Part shown: in pieces, positions 50,289-61,287 of the stretch
Position numbering within the stretch: the first letter of the stretch is position 1
Layout: the number at the start of each line of letters is the position of its first letter
Assembly: GCF_000143415.4 (NCBI RefSeq)
Contig: NW_003314315.1
Coordinates: 819,991 to 883,990 of the forward strand
From: Selaginella moellendorffii
Taxonomy: Eukaryota; Plantae; Lycopodiophyta
Reading direction: 5' to 3'
DNA length: 64,000 nucleotides
The notes under the pieces: model-generated
Seen by the model: the letters and a program-made list of their open reading frames with translations, nothing else
What the model was told of the DNA's origin: nothing
The model's database searches: none
Made by a program: the position numbers and the translations under genes

Positions 50289-53200
50289 TTAACTCCGGTG
50301 GAGCTTGGCGATCAAAGCATAAGCAAAAGCATCGTCCTGGCCTTTAGCCAAGAGCCTCTCAAACACCACATCTCCCACTTCCACATTCTTCCATCTCTCA
50401 CAACCAGCAAGAAGGATCCTCCAAGTGATTGCATCGCCATCCTCACTCAAAGCCAACGAGCTCGCAAGCTCCACAGCAGTCTCCATCGCCTCGGAGTCGG
50501 CCCTCGCTAACATATCGATCACGCAGTGGACGTGCTCCACGCCCCAGCAGCTCATGGAATCGAAGAACCTCTTGCCTTGCTCCACACGGCCACAGTGATT
50601 GTAGGCCGTCAAGAGGCACAGGCAAGTGATCCCATCGGCTGGGAATCCCTCCTCCCGCATCCTCCCAAAGCTTTCAAGCACCTGTTCGATCTCTCCCACC
50701 CGGCTGTAAGCTCCCAGCAGCGAGTTCCAAGCCGCAGTGCTCCTGGCCGCCATGGAATCAAAGACGTGCTGGCTGCTGGAGGAGCTCCCGCATTTACCAT
50801 ACATGTCCACCAGCGAGCTCGTCACGGCACCATCGCTCTCCAGCCCGGCTCTACACGCCTGGGAGTGAGCTCTCCTTCCAAGCTCCACGTCCACCAGGCT
50901 CCCACATGACTTGAGCGCTGCTGTGAGGCTTGCGGCGTCCACTGCGAATCCACCGCGAGCAAACAGCTCCAGAGCCAGCGCCTCATCGCCATTCTCGGAG
51001 CACCCCAGTATCAGCGACGTCCACGACACGACGCTGTGGCGAGCCATCCTGTCGAAAGCTTGCCGAGAATCCACCAGGCTTCCACACTTTGCATACATGT
51101 CCACCAGACTGTTGCCGAGTGAAAGCTCCCGGTCCCACGAAACCCCGTCGGCGATCATACGAGCGTGAACCGCCATGCCGCCTTCCAGAGCCTCGGCCTT
51201 GATCAGTCTCCTTCCATTCACCACTCTCGCCTCTTCCTTGATCGCTAGCCTCGTGGAAGCCTTCAAAGCCGCTAGATACGTGAGACAGTCGAGGCTGGCT
51301 TGCGCTGGGAGTTGCTTGAACAGCTCCAAGGCCGAGTCTGGCTTGTCGTTTTCCGTGTAGCCGAGCATCAGCGCGTTGCAAAGTCCAGCGTCGAAGCAAG
51401 GCACCCTGTCAAAGATCTGCTGAGCGTCCTCCGTGCTGCCACACTTGGAGTAAAACTCCACCAGCGTGCCCGCCAAGTAGATATCACCGAGCTTCTTCCC
51501 TGTCTGCCAGTGTAAGGCTCTGCCTTTTTCTAGCGAGCTCGTCTTCAACCCCTCTGGATTCTTCTCTTCATTCGCAGCAAGCCGAGACCAGGCCATGAGC
51601 GCAGCAACGTAGCTCTGAGCATCGGGTGTGAAGCCACCTTGCGTTTGCATGCGAGCAAACACGTCCAGAGTCAGCTCCGCCTCTCGGTTGGCGACACACC
51701 CGAGCATGAGCTTGTTCCAGGACTGTAGATTGCGAGCAGGAATCACTTCAAACACCCTGTGTGCGCTGGCCAAGCTCCCGCACTTGGAGTACATATCGAT
51801 CAGGCCGTTTGCCACCAAAGTATCCTGGTCGCATCCACTGGCTTTCCCCAGGGAATGAATGGCAACTCCCGTATCCAAAGCCCCGACTTTCACGACTGCT
51901 CCATCTGATTCAACTGCCTCCTCCTTTGCTGCTAGAGCACAGCATGCGTTGAGCGCCTGTACAAAAGCTGGAGTGTTTCTCCTGCCTCGTTCTTCTCCTC
52001 CTTGCTGCATCCGGAAAAACATTGCCAGCGCCGCTTCTGCCTCCCCATTTTCGACGTGAGCAGATATCAGTCCAGTCCACGAGACGATATCCGGGGACTG
52101 CATCCTCTCAAAAACCTTGCGAGAATCCACCGGGCTCCCACACTTGCCATACATGGTAATGAGGACGCTGGCCACGAAAACATCGGTGTCACATCCACTT
52201 CTCGCGGCCCTGGAGTGAACAGCCATTCCCTTGTCGAGTGCACATAGCTTGACAAGCTTGCCAGAGACGTCCACGCCTTGCTCCTTCACTGCCAAGCCTG
52301 TGCAAGCCTTTGCTGCCGCAGCATAAGTCTGTGCGTCCGGCTCGACTTCCATGCGAGAGAGAAGCTCCAGCGCTCGTCCTTCCTGTCCACTTTCGGTATA
52401 GGCCATCAGCAACGCTGTCCAAGACACGATATCACGGACTGGCATGCTGTCGAAGACCCCCTGGGCGTCTTCCCCACTCCCACACTTCGCGTACATATCA
52501 ACCAGAGCGTTCAAGGCGAAGTTGTCAAGCTCGCAACCCCGAGTTACCGCTTCCAAGTGAAGAGCCCTGCCTTTCTCCAGAGTCAACCACCTTCCACTAA
52601 GAGAGTCTCCATTCTTCACTGCCAGACTACCGCAAGCCTTGAACACTGCTCCGAAAGTCCGTGCCTCTGGCTTGCAACTTCCAGACTCGATCATCCACTG
52701 GAACAAGTCTAGAGCTTGATCTTGGTCGCCAACTTCCACGTATCCCAGCAGCAGTGAGTTCCAGGACACGATGCTATGGCAAGGCATCCTCTCGAAAACC
52801 CGTCGTGCATCGGGCATGCTCCCACACCTCGCATAGGAATCCACCAGAGTGTTGAAGACGATGACGTTGAGAGAGCAGTAGGCACCTAGAAGAGCCTTGG
52901 AGTGGACGCTCTTCACACTTTCTAGAGCTCTCGCCTTGACGAACTTGCCATTTCCATCGATGCTTGGAGTGGACTCTTCCCTGGCGGCGATGCTGGAGCA
53001 TGCCTTGAGCGCAGCTACAAAGGACCGGCCATCGAAAGCGCGGCCCTGGCCATGGAGCCGCGAGAAGAAATCGTCGAGAACCAGCTCACCTTGCCCATTC
53101 TCGGCATAGCCGAGCATCAGGGAATTCCAGGACGCGGTGTCGTGGCAGGGCAGCCTGTCGAAGACGGATCGAGCGTCGGCCGTGCTCCCACACCTCGCGT

Positions 53201-53372
53201 ACATCGTGATGAGGCTGCTCGCCACGAAAATGTCGAGCGCCTGGCCGCTCTCGACGGCCGCAGCGTGGATCTTCTTCCCGGCACTCAAATCTCTCGCGGC
53301 GCCGCATTCTTTCAGTGCAGCAAGGAATCGTTGTCGGGACAGCGCTGGATGAAGAACCCTAAAATCTGGCAA
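50289..53372 (-). CDS. PLS-class PPR protein (~1000 aa), degenerate E region, no DYW domain; start codon uncertain
   Basis: Repeated MYxKCGS / VFDRM / VSWxxL triplets. The ORF opens at TTG and the first ATG is about 55 codons in. Confidence 0.9.
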   Translation of the reverse strand: MPDFRVLHPALSRQRFLAALKECGAARDLSAGKKIHAAAVESGQALDIFVASSLITMYARCGSTADARSVFDRLPCHDTASWNSLMLGYAENGQGELVLDDFFSRLHGQGRAFDGRSFVAALKACSSIAAREESTPSIDGNGKFVKARALESVKSVHSKALLGAYCSLNVIVFNTLVDSYARCGSMPDARRVFERMPCHSIVSWNSLLLGYVEVGDQDQALDLFQWMIESGSCKPEARTFGAVFKACGSLAVKNGDSLSGRWLTLEKGRALHLEAVTRGCELDNFALNALVDMYAKCGSGEDAQGVFDSMPVRDIVSWTALLMAYTESGQEGRALELLSRMEVEPDAQTYAAAAKACTGLAVKEQGVDVSGKLVKLCALDKGMAVHSRAARSGCDTDVFVASVLITMYGKCGSPVDSRKVFERMQSPDIVSWTGLISAHVENGEAEAALAMFFRMQQGGEERGRRNTPAFVQALNACCALAAKEEAVESDGAVVKVGALDTGVAIHSLGKASGCDQDTLVANGLIDMYSKCGSLASAHRVFEVIPARNLQSWNKLMLGCVANREAELTLDVFARMQTQGGFTPDAQSYVAALMAWSRLAANEEKNPEGLKTSSLEKGRALHWQTGKKLGDIYLAGTLVEFYSKCGSTEDAQQIFDRVPCFDAGLCNALMLGYTENDKPDSALELFKQLPAQASLDCLTYLAALKASTRLAIKEEARVVNGRRLIKAEALEGGMAVHARMIADGVSWDRELSLGNSLVDMYAKCGSLVDSRQAFDRMARHSVVSWTSLILGCSENGDEALALELFARGGFAVDAASLTAALKSCGSLVDVELGRRAHSQACRAGLESDGAVTSSLVDMYGKCGSSSSSQHVFDSMAARSTAAWNSLLGAYSRVGEIEQVLESFGRMREEGFPADGITCLCLLTAYNHCGRVEQGKRFFDSMSCWGVEHVHCVIDMLARADSEAMETAVELASSLALSEDGDAITWRILLAGCERWKNVEVGDVVFERLLAKGQDDAFAYALIAKLHRS

Positions 53373-53403
53373 GATTTCTCGATGAGGGTTCTAGGGTTCC
53401 TCG

Positions 53404-55093
53404 ATGGCTCTCGTCGCTCGAAGAGTCTTGCGATTGCGCAGCTATTCCAGATCCTTGCCTCGTCTCGCAGCGCCCGCATTAGAGCAGCATTGCGAGCAAT
53501 CTCGCAGAGCGACGATTGCCGGGAATTCCTGGCGGCATTCCGAGAGGAGAGCTCTTCTTCTTCTCCCCCCTTTCCCTTCCAGAGGATTCAGGCGTGTGAG
53601 ATTTCGGCTCGTGAAGGCCGACAAGGACGATCCGGAAGAGGAGGAACCGGATGGGATTGCGGAGGAGGATGATTTCGCGGATACCATCGATCTCACGCTC
53701 GTCCAGAAGCGCCAGGCCGAGAGGCTGTGGAACGAGCTTCTGCCACTCACGATTCCCAGCGTTGGACCCGTGGTGAAGCTCACGATTGGAGAGGACAGGA
53801 AGATCGGCCTTCCAGGAATCTTATACGTCGTTGGAAAGCTTCGAACGTTCCGGCGTTCTAAGCAAGCACTGTCGGTAAGTTCGCTTCTATCTTTCTTTCC
53901 ATCTTTTCTTCTAATGCGATCGATGGTTTCTTTCTTCGATCGATCGGCAGATTCTCGACTGGCTCGCGGAAGAAAAACCATTCGGGGAATTCGACGAGAG
54001 TCTCTACAAGCTGCACATATCGATCGCGTTCGAGGTAAACTCAGTCCACAAAGCCGAGAAGATTTTCGAGAGCGTACCGAAAGAGCTCCAGCTCCAGGAG
54101 AAGTTGCTTGGTGCCATGGCCGCTGGCTATGCCTCCGCGCACAGGATGGACAAGGTGGAAGAGATCTTGCTCCAGTGCAATCTCTCCGCCATGGAACCTT
54201 ACACTGCACTGATCAAACTCTACTTTAGAGTCGCTCTCTACGACAAAGCAGCGAGTCTGTACAAACGAATCAAAGCGGCAAAGCTCGAGCCAGACCTGGC
54301 AGCCTTCGCGGCACTGCTGCGAGAGAAGTCCAGCTTGGAGAGCTTGAAGCCGAGAGAGCTGGAAGAGGACGCCGAGGTGGCTCTCCACCATGCAGGAGCT
54401 TACGAGGAGGAATTGACGATCAAAGCCCCGGTTGCAAGCCAAGCGATGGTGGTCTCTGGCTACCTTGGAAAAGCGGCACAAGTTACCAAGTTGTGGAAAC
54501 GTATCAAGCAGGAGAAGAGCTCGTCCATACCAGCGGTGTGCTACTTGAACGCGATCGAAGCGTTTGGAGCAGCAGGCAAGGTCCGATCGGCTGAGAAGGT
54601 GGCCGACGAGATGGAGATGGCGAAGTCCAAGTACGTAGAGCTCTCGGCAGCTATGATCTGCGTCTACTCGAGGAACCAAATGGCGGACAAGGCCGAGGCC
54701 GTCATCGATGACTTGCGTGCCAACGGTGTGTGGAACTTGTTCCGGCCTCACGCCGAGCTCATCACCGGTTACCTCGACAGCAACCAGCCCGACCAAGCGA
54801 TGAAAGCTCTCAAGGTGGCACTTCTCGTCAAGCTGATGAAGCCAACGTACGCCGTGATCCTGAAAATGCTGCCCGTCTTTGAGAGGCTTCGCGATGCCGA
54901 GGGTGCCGAGGACATGGTGATGAGGTACAAAGGCGCCACGGACCTCCGGATGTACAAGGGACTGCTCAGGATCTACGTGAGTGCCAAGGTGAAGCCCCTG
55001 GAAGAGATAGAAGCCCGGCTCATGCTGAAGAAGATCCCTCTCGACGACGAGACTCGCGAGCTGCTGACGAAGCTGAGAGGAGTCATCGGTTGA
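53404..55093 (+). CDS. P-class PPR protein; exons 53404-53874 and 53951-55093
   Basis: Arg-rich presequence; KQALS|ILDW across a 76-nt intron; PPR repeats. Confidence 0.88.
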
Positions 55094-55096
55094 GAT

Positions 55097-56470
55097 TCAC
55101 TGCGCAGCAGCCTCGGCTCGGAACGAGCGAAAACATCAGACAACGAGCAAGCCCGACTGCTTCCGGTAGCTCTCTTAAGCCTGGTGAGCCGCTCGGTCTC
55201 CACTAGCTGATTCTGGACGTGTTTGCTCCCAGGTGGCTTCACACCCGATGGTTAAAGCTACGTCGCTGCGCTCAAGGCCTGGTCTCGCCTAGCTGCGAAT
55301 GAACAGAAGCATCCAGAGGGGTTGAAGGCGAGCTCACTAGAGAACGGCAGAGCTTTACACGGGCAGGCAGGGAAGAAACTCGGTGATATCTACTTGGCGG
55401 GCACGCTGGTGAATTTTTACTCCAAGTGTGGCAGGGTGCCTTGCTTCGACGCTGGACTTTGCAACACGCTGCTACTCGGCTACACAGAGAACGACAAGCC
55501 AGACTCGGCCTTGGAGCTGTTCAAGCAACCCCCAGCGCAAGCTGTTCAAGCAACTCCCAGCGCAAGCCAGCCTCGACTGCCTCACTTATCTAGCTGCTGT
55601 GACGGCTTCCAGGAGGATAGCGGAGCCGAGAGTGGTGAATGGAAGAAGACCACTCAAGGCCCGACGCTCGCCGACGGGGTTTCATGGGACCGGGACGTGT
55701 GGAAGCCCGGTGGATTCTCGGCAAGCTTTCGGCAGGATGGCTCGGCACAGCGTCATGTCGTGGACGTCGCTGATGCTGCGATGCTCCGAGAATGGCGACG
55801 CGGAGCTGGCTCTGGAGCTCTTTGCTCGCGGTGGATTCACAGTGGACGCTGCAAGCCTCACCGCGGCTTAGATGCGCATTAGATACAGCTTCTACGTGGT
55901 TTATACGGTTACCGTTTTCGACGTCTCTAGAGTTTCGACGTGAAACTGGTTCACGTAGAAAATGTGTAGATCGATTTGCCTTCCTTACCAATGAGATCCA
56001 CGACTGTGAATTCCACGTCCCACAGAGGCATGACACATTTGACCAGCAAAGCGCTCGTTGAGTACCATCTTCGGATTTCCGGACTTCACCAAATGGTGAT
56101 AGCTGAGACTATCACGGTCACGCTGATTACGTAGCGGCTTACAACAGTTTACTCGAGGCGCCTCAGGTCCTCTTCCAGTCCTCTCACCATTTGTGTTGCT
56201 GATTTGTTTGTAGAGGCTTGCAGAGTTTGATATCGCAAGCAACCAGCACGATATCAAACTAGAGCGATGAAAGCTCTCAAGGTGGCACAAGCCAACTTAT
56301 GCAACGATCCTGAAAATGCTGCTCGTCTTTGAGAGGCTTCGCGAATGGGGATGGCGTCACGGACCTCCCAATGTACAAGGGACTGCTCAGGATCAACGTG
56401 AGCAGCAGGATCTCGACGAGGAGACTCGCGAGCTGCTGACGAAGCTGAGGGGAGTCAGGTGGTCGAGTCG
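55097..56470. pseudogene. Patchwork of duplicated fragments from four neighbouring PPR genes
   Basis: 55097-55200 copies the end of gene 56473. 55212-55870 is an inverted, deleted copy of about 50910-51670. About 56085-56110 copies 58490-58545. 56263-56460 copies 54797-55085. Confidence 0.85.
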
Positions 56471-56472
56471 AT

Positions 56473-58116
56473 TCACTGCGCAGCAGCTTCGGAACGAGCG
56501 AAAACGTCAGACAGGAGCACGAGCAAGCCCGACTGCTTCCGGTATCTCTCGTAAGCCTGGTGAGCTGCTCGAGTTCCACGCTCGGCATCGGCCTGGTTTC
56601 TGCAAGCTCCTAGCAAGGCCAGCCATCCAAGCGGCCCTCGTTCGGCTGGAATGCTGTGAACCAAGTCCTCTGCTTCGAAAACTCGGCCGGCCCGTCCCAG
56701 CACATCCACCATGCAGACGTAGTGCTCCGCTGCCGGTTCTATGCCGTAGTCCGGGAGCATCGAAGTGAAAGAGGTCCAACCTTGGTCGAGGAGGCCTCCA
56801 TAGCTACAGGCGACGAGGATGCAGCCGAAAGTCACCGAGTTCGGCAGCACGCCGTCCAAGTCCATCTTCCGGGACAGCTCCAGAGCTTCCATGGAGTGCC
56901 CCTGCTGTGCGTACGCTGCTACCAGCGTCGTCCACGTTATCACGCTCTTGAACTTCATCTCCTCGAACACGCTCCTGGCTTCCTCGAGTCGTCCACACTT
57001 GCCGTAGAGGTTCAAGAGCGTGTTTTGGACGACGAAGTCGGGCTTCCTGATACGAGAGTGAATCGCCCTGCCCTGCGCGAGCATCCCTTCGTTGGAGCAC
57101 GCCGTGATGACAGTGGCGAAGGTGACGTTGTTTGGCACCACGCCTTCCAAGTCCATCTTCCGGAACAGAAGCACGGCTTGTCTCCCTTCGTCGTGCTGTG
57201 TATACGCAGAGATCATGGCTGTCCAAGAGATCACGTTTTTTCTTTGCATCCGATCGAAAACTTCCTTGGCCTCGACCAACCTGTGGCATCTGGTATACAT
57301 GTCGATCAGCGCATTCTGGATAGCATTGTTGCTGGAGTGAGTACCTGACGAGACGATCGCCTTGTGAATCTCTCTCCCTTCTTCGTAGCTGGAACAGGCA
57401 CTGAGAACGCTCGAGAAGGTGTACTCGTCCGGCTTCACCCCTTCCGGCTCCATTCTGTGGTATAGTTCCAGAGCCAAGCGGCTCTCACCACGCTGAGCGT
57501 ACGCAGATACCATAGAGTTCCACGACACCACGTCCTTCCGCGGAATAGCATCAAACGCAGCTCGAGCATCGTTCAAGTTCCCACACTTGGCATACATGTT
57601 GACGACTGCGTTGTGGAGGCAAACGTCGTCTCCAAGCTCCGCGGCCGCTGCTAAGATCTGTGAGTGGATCACCCGGCCATCAGAGAGAGCTTTGAGCTCC
57701 GAGCACGCGCCCAAGATCACCAAGTACGTGTATCTGCTCGGCTTCACGTCCATCGCTTTGAAAGCACCAAGTGCCTGCCTGGGATGCCCGTTCTGGGCAT
57801 ACGCGGCTATCAGGACAGTCCACGAGAAGGCGTTCTTTCTGCCCAGGCCATCAAACACGACCCTTGCCTTGTCGATGCCCCCGTGCTTGCCATACGCCTG
57901 GACCAGGACGTCCCCAAGAACCACACTCTGTCCATAGCCATCTCTCACGATCTCGGCGTGCCTGTCGCATACCTCTTTGACGCTTCCGGACCTTCTCAGC
58001 GATGAAACATAGCTTTCCTCCTGGATTTTTCTCTCCACCACCGTAGCCACGTCGTGATGGCGATGCCGAGCCAGAGATCTCCCGAGAGCAAAGCTCCGGT
58101 TCTTCACGAAGAACAT
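56473..58116 (-). CDS. PLS-class PPR protein with truncated E domain
   Basis: Canonical P-L-S repeats; EHYVCMVDVLGRAG; WLALLGAC. Confidence 0.92.
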   Translation of the reverse strand: MFFVKNRSFALGRSLARHRHHDVATVVERKIQEESYVSSLRRSGSVKEVCDRHAEIVRDGYGQSVVLGDVLVQAYGKHGGIDKARVVFDGLGRKNAFSWTVLIAAYAQNGHPRQALGAFKAMDVKPSRYTYLVILGACSELKALSDGRVIHSQILAAAAELGDDVCLHNAVVNMYAKCGNLNDARAAFDAIPRKDVVSWNSMVSAYAQRGESRLALELYHRMEPEGVKPDEYTFSSVLSACSSYEEGREIHKAIVSSGTHSSNNAIQNALIDMYTRCHRLVEAKEVFDRMQRKNVISWTAMISAYTQHDEGRQAVLLFRKMDLEGVVPNNVTFATVITACSNEGMLAQGRAIHSRIRKPDFVVQNTLLNLYGKCGRLEEARSVFEEMKFKSVITWTTLVAAYAQQGHSMEALELSRKMDLDGVLPNSVTFGCILVACSYGGLLDQGWTSFTSMLPDYGIEPAAEHYVCMVDVLGRAGRVFEAEDLVHSIPAERGPLGWLALLGACRNQADAERGTRAAHQAYERYRKQSGLLVLLSDVFARSEAAAQ

Positions 58117-58149
58117 CACCACAGCCGATCCATCGCGACGAACTTTCTG

Positions 58150-59964
58150 CTAAGCTGGTCGATTGGAAGGAATGAGCTGATTGTCCGCGCATAGCTTGGG
58201 AATCGGCCTCATCTTGTTGAGAAGCTCGAACGTTCTCGCATTCGGTGCCACTTTGTCTGTTGCCATGCGCTGCAAGAACCGGTACGCATGCTTGCCGGCG
58301 TTCACGTATGCCTCGAGCAAACTGTTGTAAGCCGCTACGTTCTTGTTGTATGATTCCCTCCTCATGTCCTGGAAGAGAAGCTCCGCGCTGTTCACGTCGG
58401 CGTTTTTCGCGTGTTCTTTCAGGATGAGCATCACGGTATCGAAGCACGGCGGGACGCGCTCCTCGAACATCCTGGTGAGTGTCTCGGCTGCCATCTTCGG
58501 ATTCCCAGACTTCATGTATCCCGCAACCAAATGGTGATAGCTGAGATTGTTGATATGCCCGTTTCCATGCCGGATTCTCTCGAGCAGCTTTTCGGCCTTT
58601 CCCATCTCACCACCTTCACAGTACGCACGAAACAATGGGACGTAGTGCGCCGGTCTCAACAGAGTTCTCTTCTCGGTCAGCTCCGCAAACACCTTCTCGG
58701 CCCTGTCGATCCGTCCCACTTTCTCGTAAGCTGCTATAGTAGCAACATAGCTGTTTGCCGAGACCACTGGAAACCTTCGCGTGAATCTCCATATCCTGTC
58801 GATCATATCGGCTCTTCCCATCGCAGCGTAGAGTGCTATCACCTTATCGTGAACTCTCCGGCTCTCTCGAAACTCGTCGCTGGCCACTGCCTCTTTCAAG
58901 TATGCCATAGCTTTCTCGTGATCACCAGCGTTCACGTATCCCGACGCGAGCGTGCAAAGTATCTCGCCGTTTGGAGTTCCATCTCCATCGCACTTCATCT
59001 TGCTGAAGAGTCTTTCCATGCCTTCGGTGTCGCCCTTCTTGGCCTTTATCCCAATGAGGATGTTGTAAGTCTCGACGTTTGGAGAGATGCGCATGTCTCT
59101 CATCTCCCTGAGAATCACTGGAATGCCGTCCTCTTTCTTCTTGTTGGCATAGAGATGAAAGAGCTTGTTAAACGCCGTGGCGGTGGTGAGGAGGTTCTTC
59201 TCCTTCATCAGCTTGAGCACCAGCCTTGCCTTTGAAAGGAGCGAGTGAATCACGTAGTTCTCGAACATGGTGATGAGAGCAGCCTCAGATTTGGCATAGA
59301 CACGCGGCATTTTGGTAAGAAGGAAGTTCTTCGCAGCGTTCATGTTGACGACCCGTCCGGTAAGCTCCAAATGGTTGATGAAATGGAACTTTTGAAGCTC
59401 CAAACTTCTCTCTTTGATCACCCAGTCCGAGATCTGGAAGAACTCTATGTTAGAACTCTACTCGATCTTTCAAAGACAAAGAAGAGCTCTCTATCTACTC
59501 AAACTTCCCAAGAGCTCTCTAAGATATAGAATGAAACATACCTCGTAAGCTTGCTTGAATCTTCCAAGCCATTTTAGACGCTTCATAGCAGCAATGATCT
59601 CCCCGTGGCTCTCCCGGCCTTCCGCGATCCACTGATGCAAAATGTGTAGCACAGGCCCTCCTTTATCATCTTCGAGCCTCGCGACGAGAGAATTCGGGTC
59701 CACATTGTCCTCGTCGTCGCTCGGGGTGACTCTACTGGCATCGTAACGCAAATCATTCTCCTCAGTGCCCCAGTAGCGATCATGCTCGTCGCTCTTCCTG
59801 TTCCTCACAATGTCCTGTTTGGGCCTTCCTCTCAAATCCCTCGAGAAACTCAAGCTCCTCGCAAAATCCAGCACCTGCGCGATTCTCCTTCCAGGAGCCA
59901 CGGAACAGCCTAGAATATCCTTTCCTTGCAGCGCATTCCTGGAGACGATCATCCATGCTCGCAT
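58150..59964 (-). CDS. P-class PPR protein; exons 59964-59542 and 59433-58150
   Basis: KQAYE|ISDWV across a 108-nt intron; PPR repeats (PNVETYNILI). Confidence 0.9.
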
Positions 59965-60136
59965 TGCGCGGAGAATTCAGCGCCAGGAATCCATTTCCTT
60001 GCTTGCTCACAAACCCTAATAAAAAACCTAGCCAACGGTCAGATATGGGGCTTACGAAATCAACGGCTGGGATCGAAGATGGGAAGGGGTCAAAAGTTTT
60101 GCCCAAAACCCTTCGAAATATTTTGGGGCGGGACGG

Positions 60137-61194
60137 ATGGGAAGAGGAGCTGGGAATCGCAATCTCAAATCGGCGATGCCGGGGGCGCTCGATCTCCCGG
60201 AGTCGATCATCGCGTCGATCCTCTCTCACACTTCTCCAGGTGATGTAGCAAGGCTAGCGCTCGTGAATCGAGCTTTCAGGGATGCCGGGCGCACGGACAT
60301 CGTGTGGGAGCGAATGCTGCCGGTCGGCTACCACAGATTTCTCAAGCTCGCCATTTCTTCCATCGGCGGCGGTGGCAGTTCTTCCAAGCGGGAGCTGTAC
60401 GAGCAGCTGTGTGGACACATTCTCATCGGAGACGGATCAGAGGTTCTTTCTCTTGGGAAAAATATTTGATCTAAGCAAGAATCCTAGTAAGAAGCGCTTT
60501 CTTTTGGTGATCCTCTCTGGCTCATAATTTTTTTTCTCGCTTTCTCCAGGGCTTATGGATCGATCGAGCTACTGCGGCTGTTTGCCACAGCTTTTCTTCG
60601 AGATCTTTGGCTGTGACTTGGGGAAGCACCGCGGAATACTGGGAATGGTCCTCAAAGCATGGCGCCAGGTACTTAAGTTCCATTCACGAAGGGTTTCTCT
60701 TCTCATAGATTTTTCTCGCTTCGCTACGACACAGATTTGACGAGGTGGCGCACCTCAAGATGGTTTGCTGGCTAGAGCTCTCTGGGAACTGGAAGTTGAG
60801 CCTAGCTCCAGGAACTTACACCGTCTCTTGGAGACTCCAGCTCGATTCCGACGCCTTTGGGTGGGATAAGGAGCCAGTGAGATTCAGCTTGGCAACTCTA
60901 GACGGAAGGGTGACGAACTCTTCGTGCTACCTGGTGGACTCCGAGGGGCAGGATCGAAGCAGTAGTGACGAGTCGGAAGAAGACGACGAGCCTGTCAGCA
61001 TGGTTGCTCGAGCTCGGACGGTGGCGGACAATTGGGTGGAGTATGATGTGGGACAGATTGTCGTGGAGGACGAGGATGAATTGGGTGAAGTGGAGCTTTT
61101 CTTCTCGCTACAGGAGATCGTCAGTGGCACTTGGAAAGGTGGACTCTTTATTGACGGGGTCATTGTCCAGCCCAGTCACCTCATTGTGGAGTAG
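60137..61194 (+). CDS. F-box / phloem protein 2 (PP2) domain protein; exons 60137-60442, 60550-60668, 60735-61194
   Basis: LDLPESIIASIL F-box; LAVTWG..EYWEW; FDEVAHLKMVCWLE; WKGGLFIDGV. Confidence 0.92.
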
Positions 61195-61287
61195 GGTTCT
61201 TGAGGGCGCTTCCATTCCAGGTTTGGGAACTTCTGTTCGTGGGTCTTTGGTCTTGAATTGTTCTGTGTTTTTCAAGGATCCAGCGCC

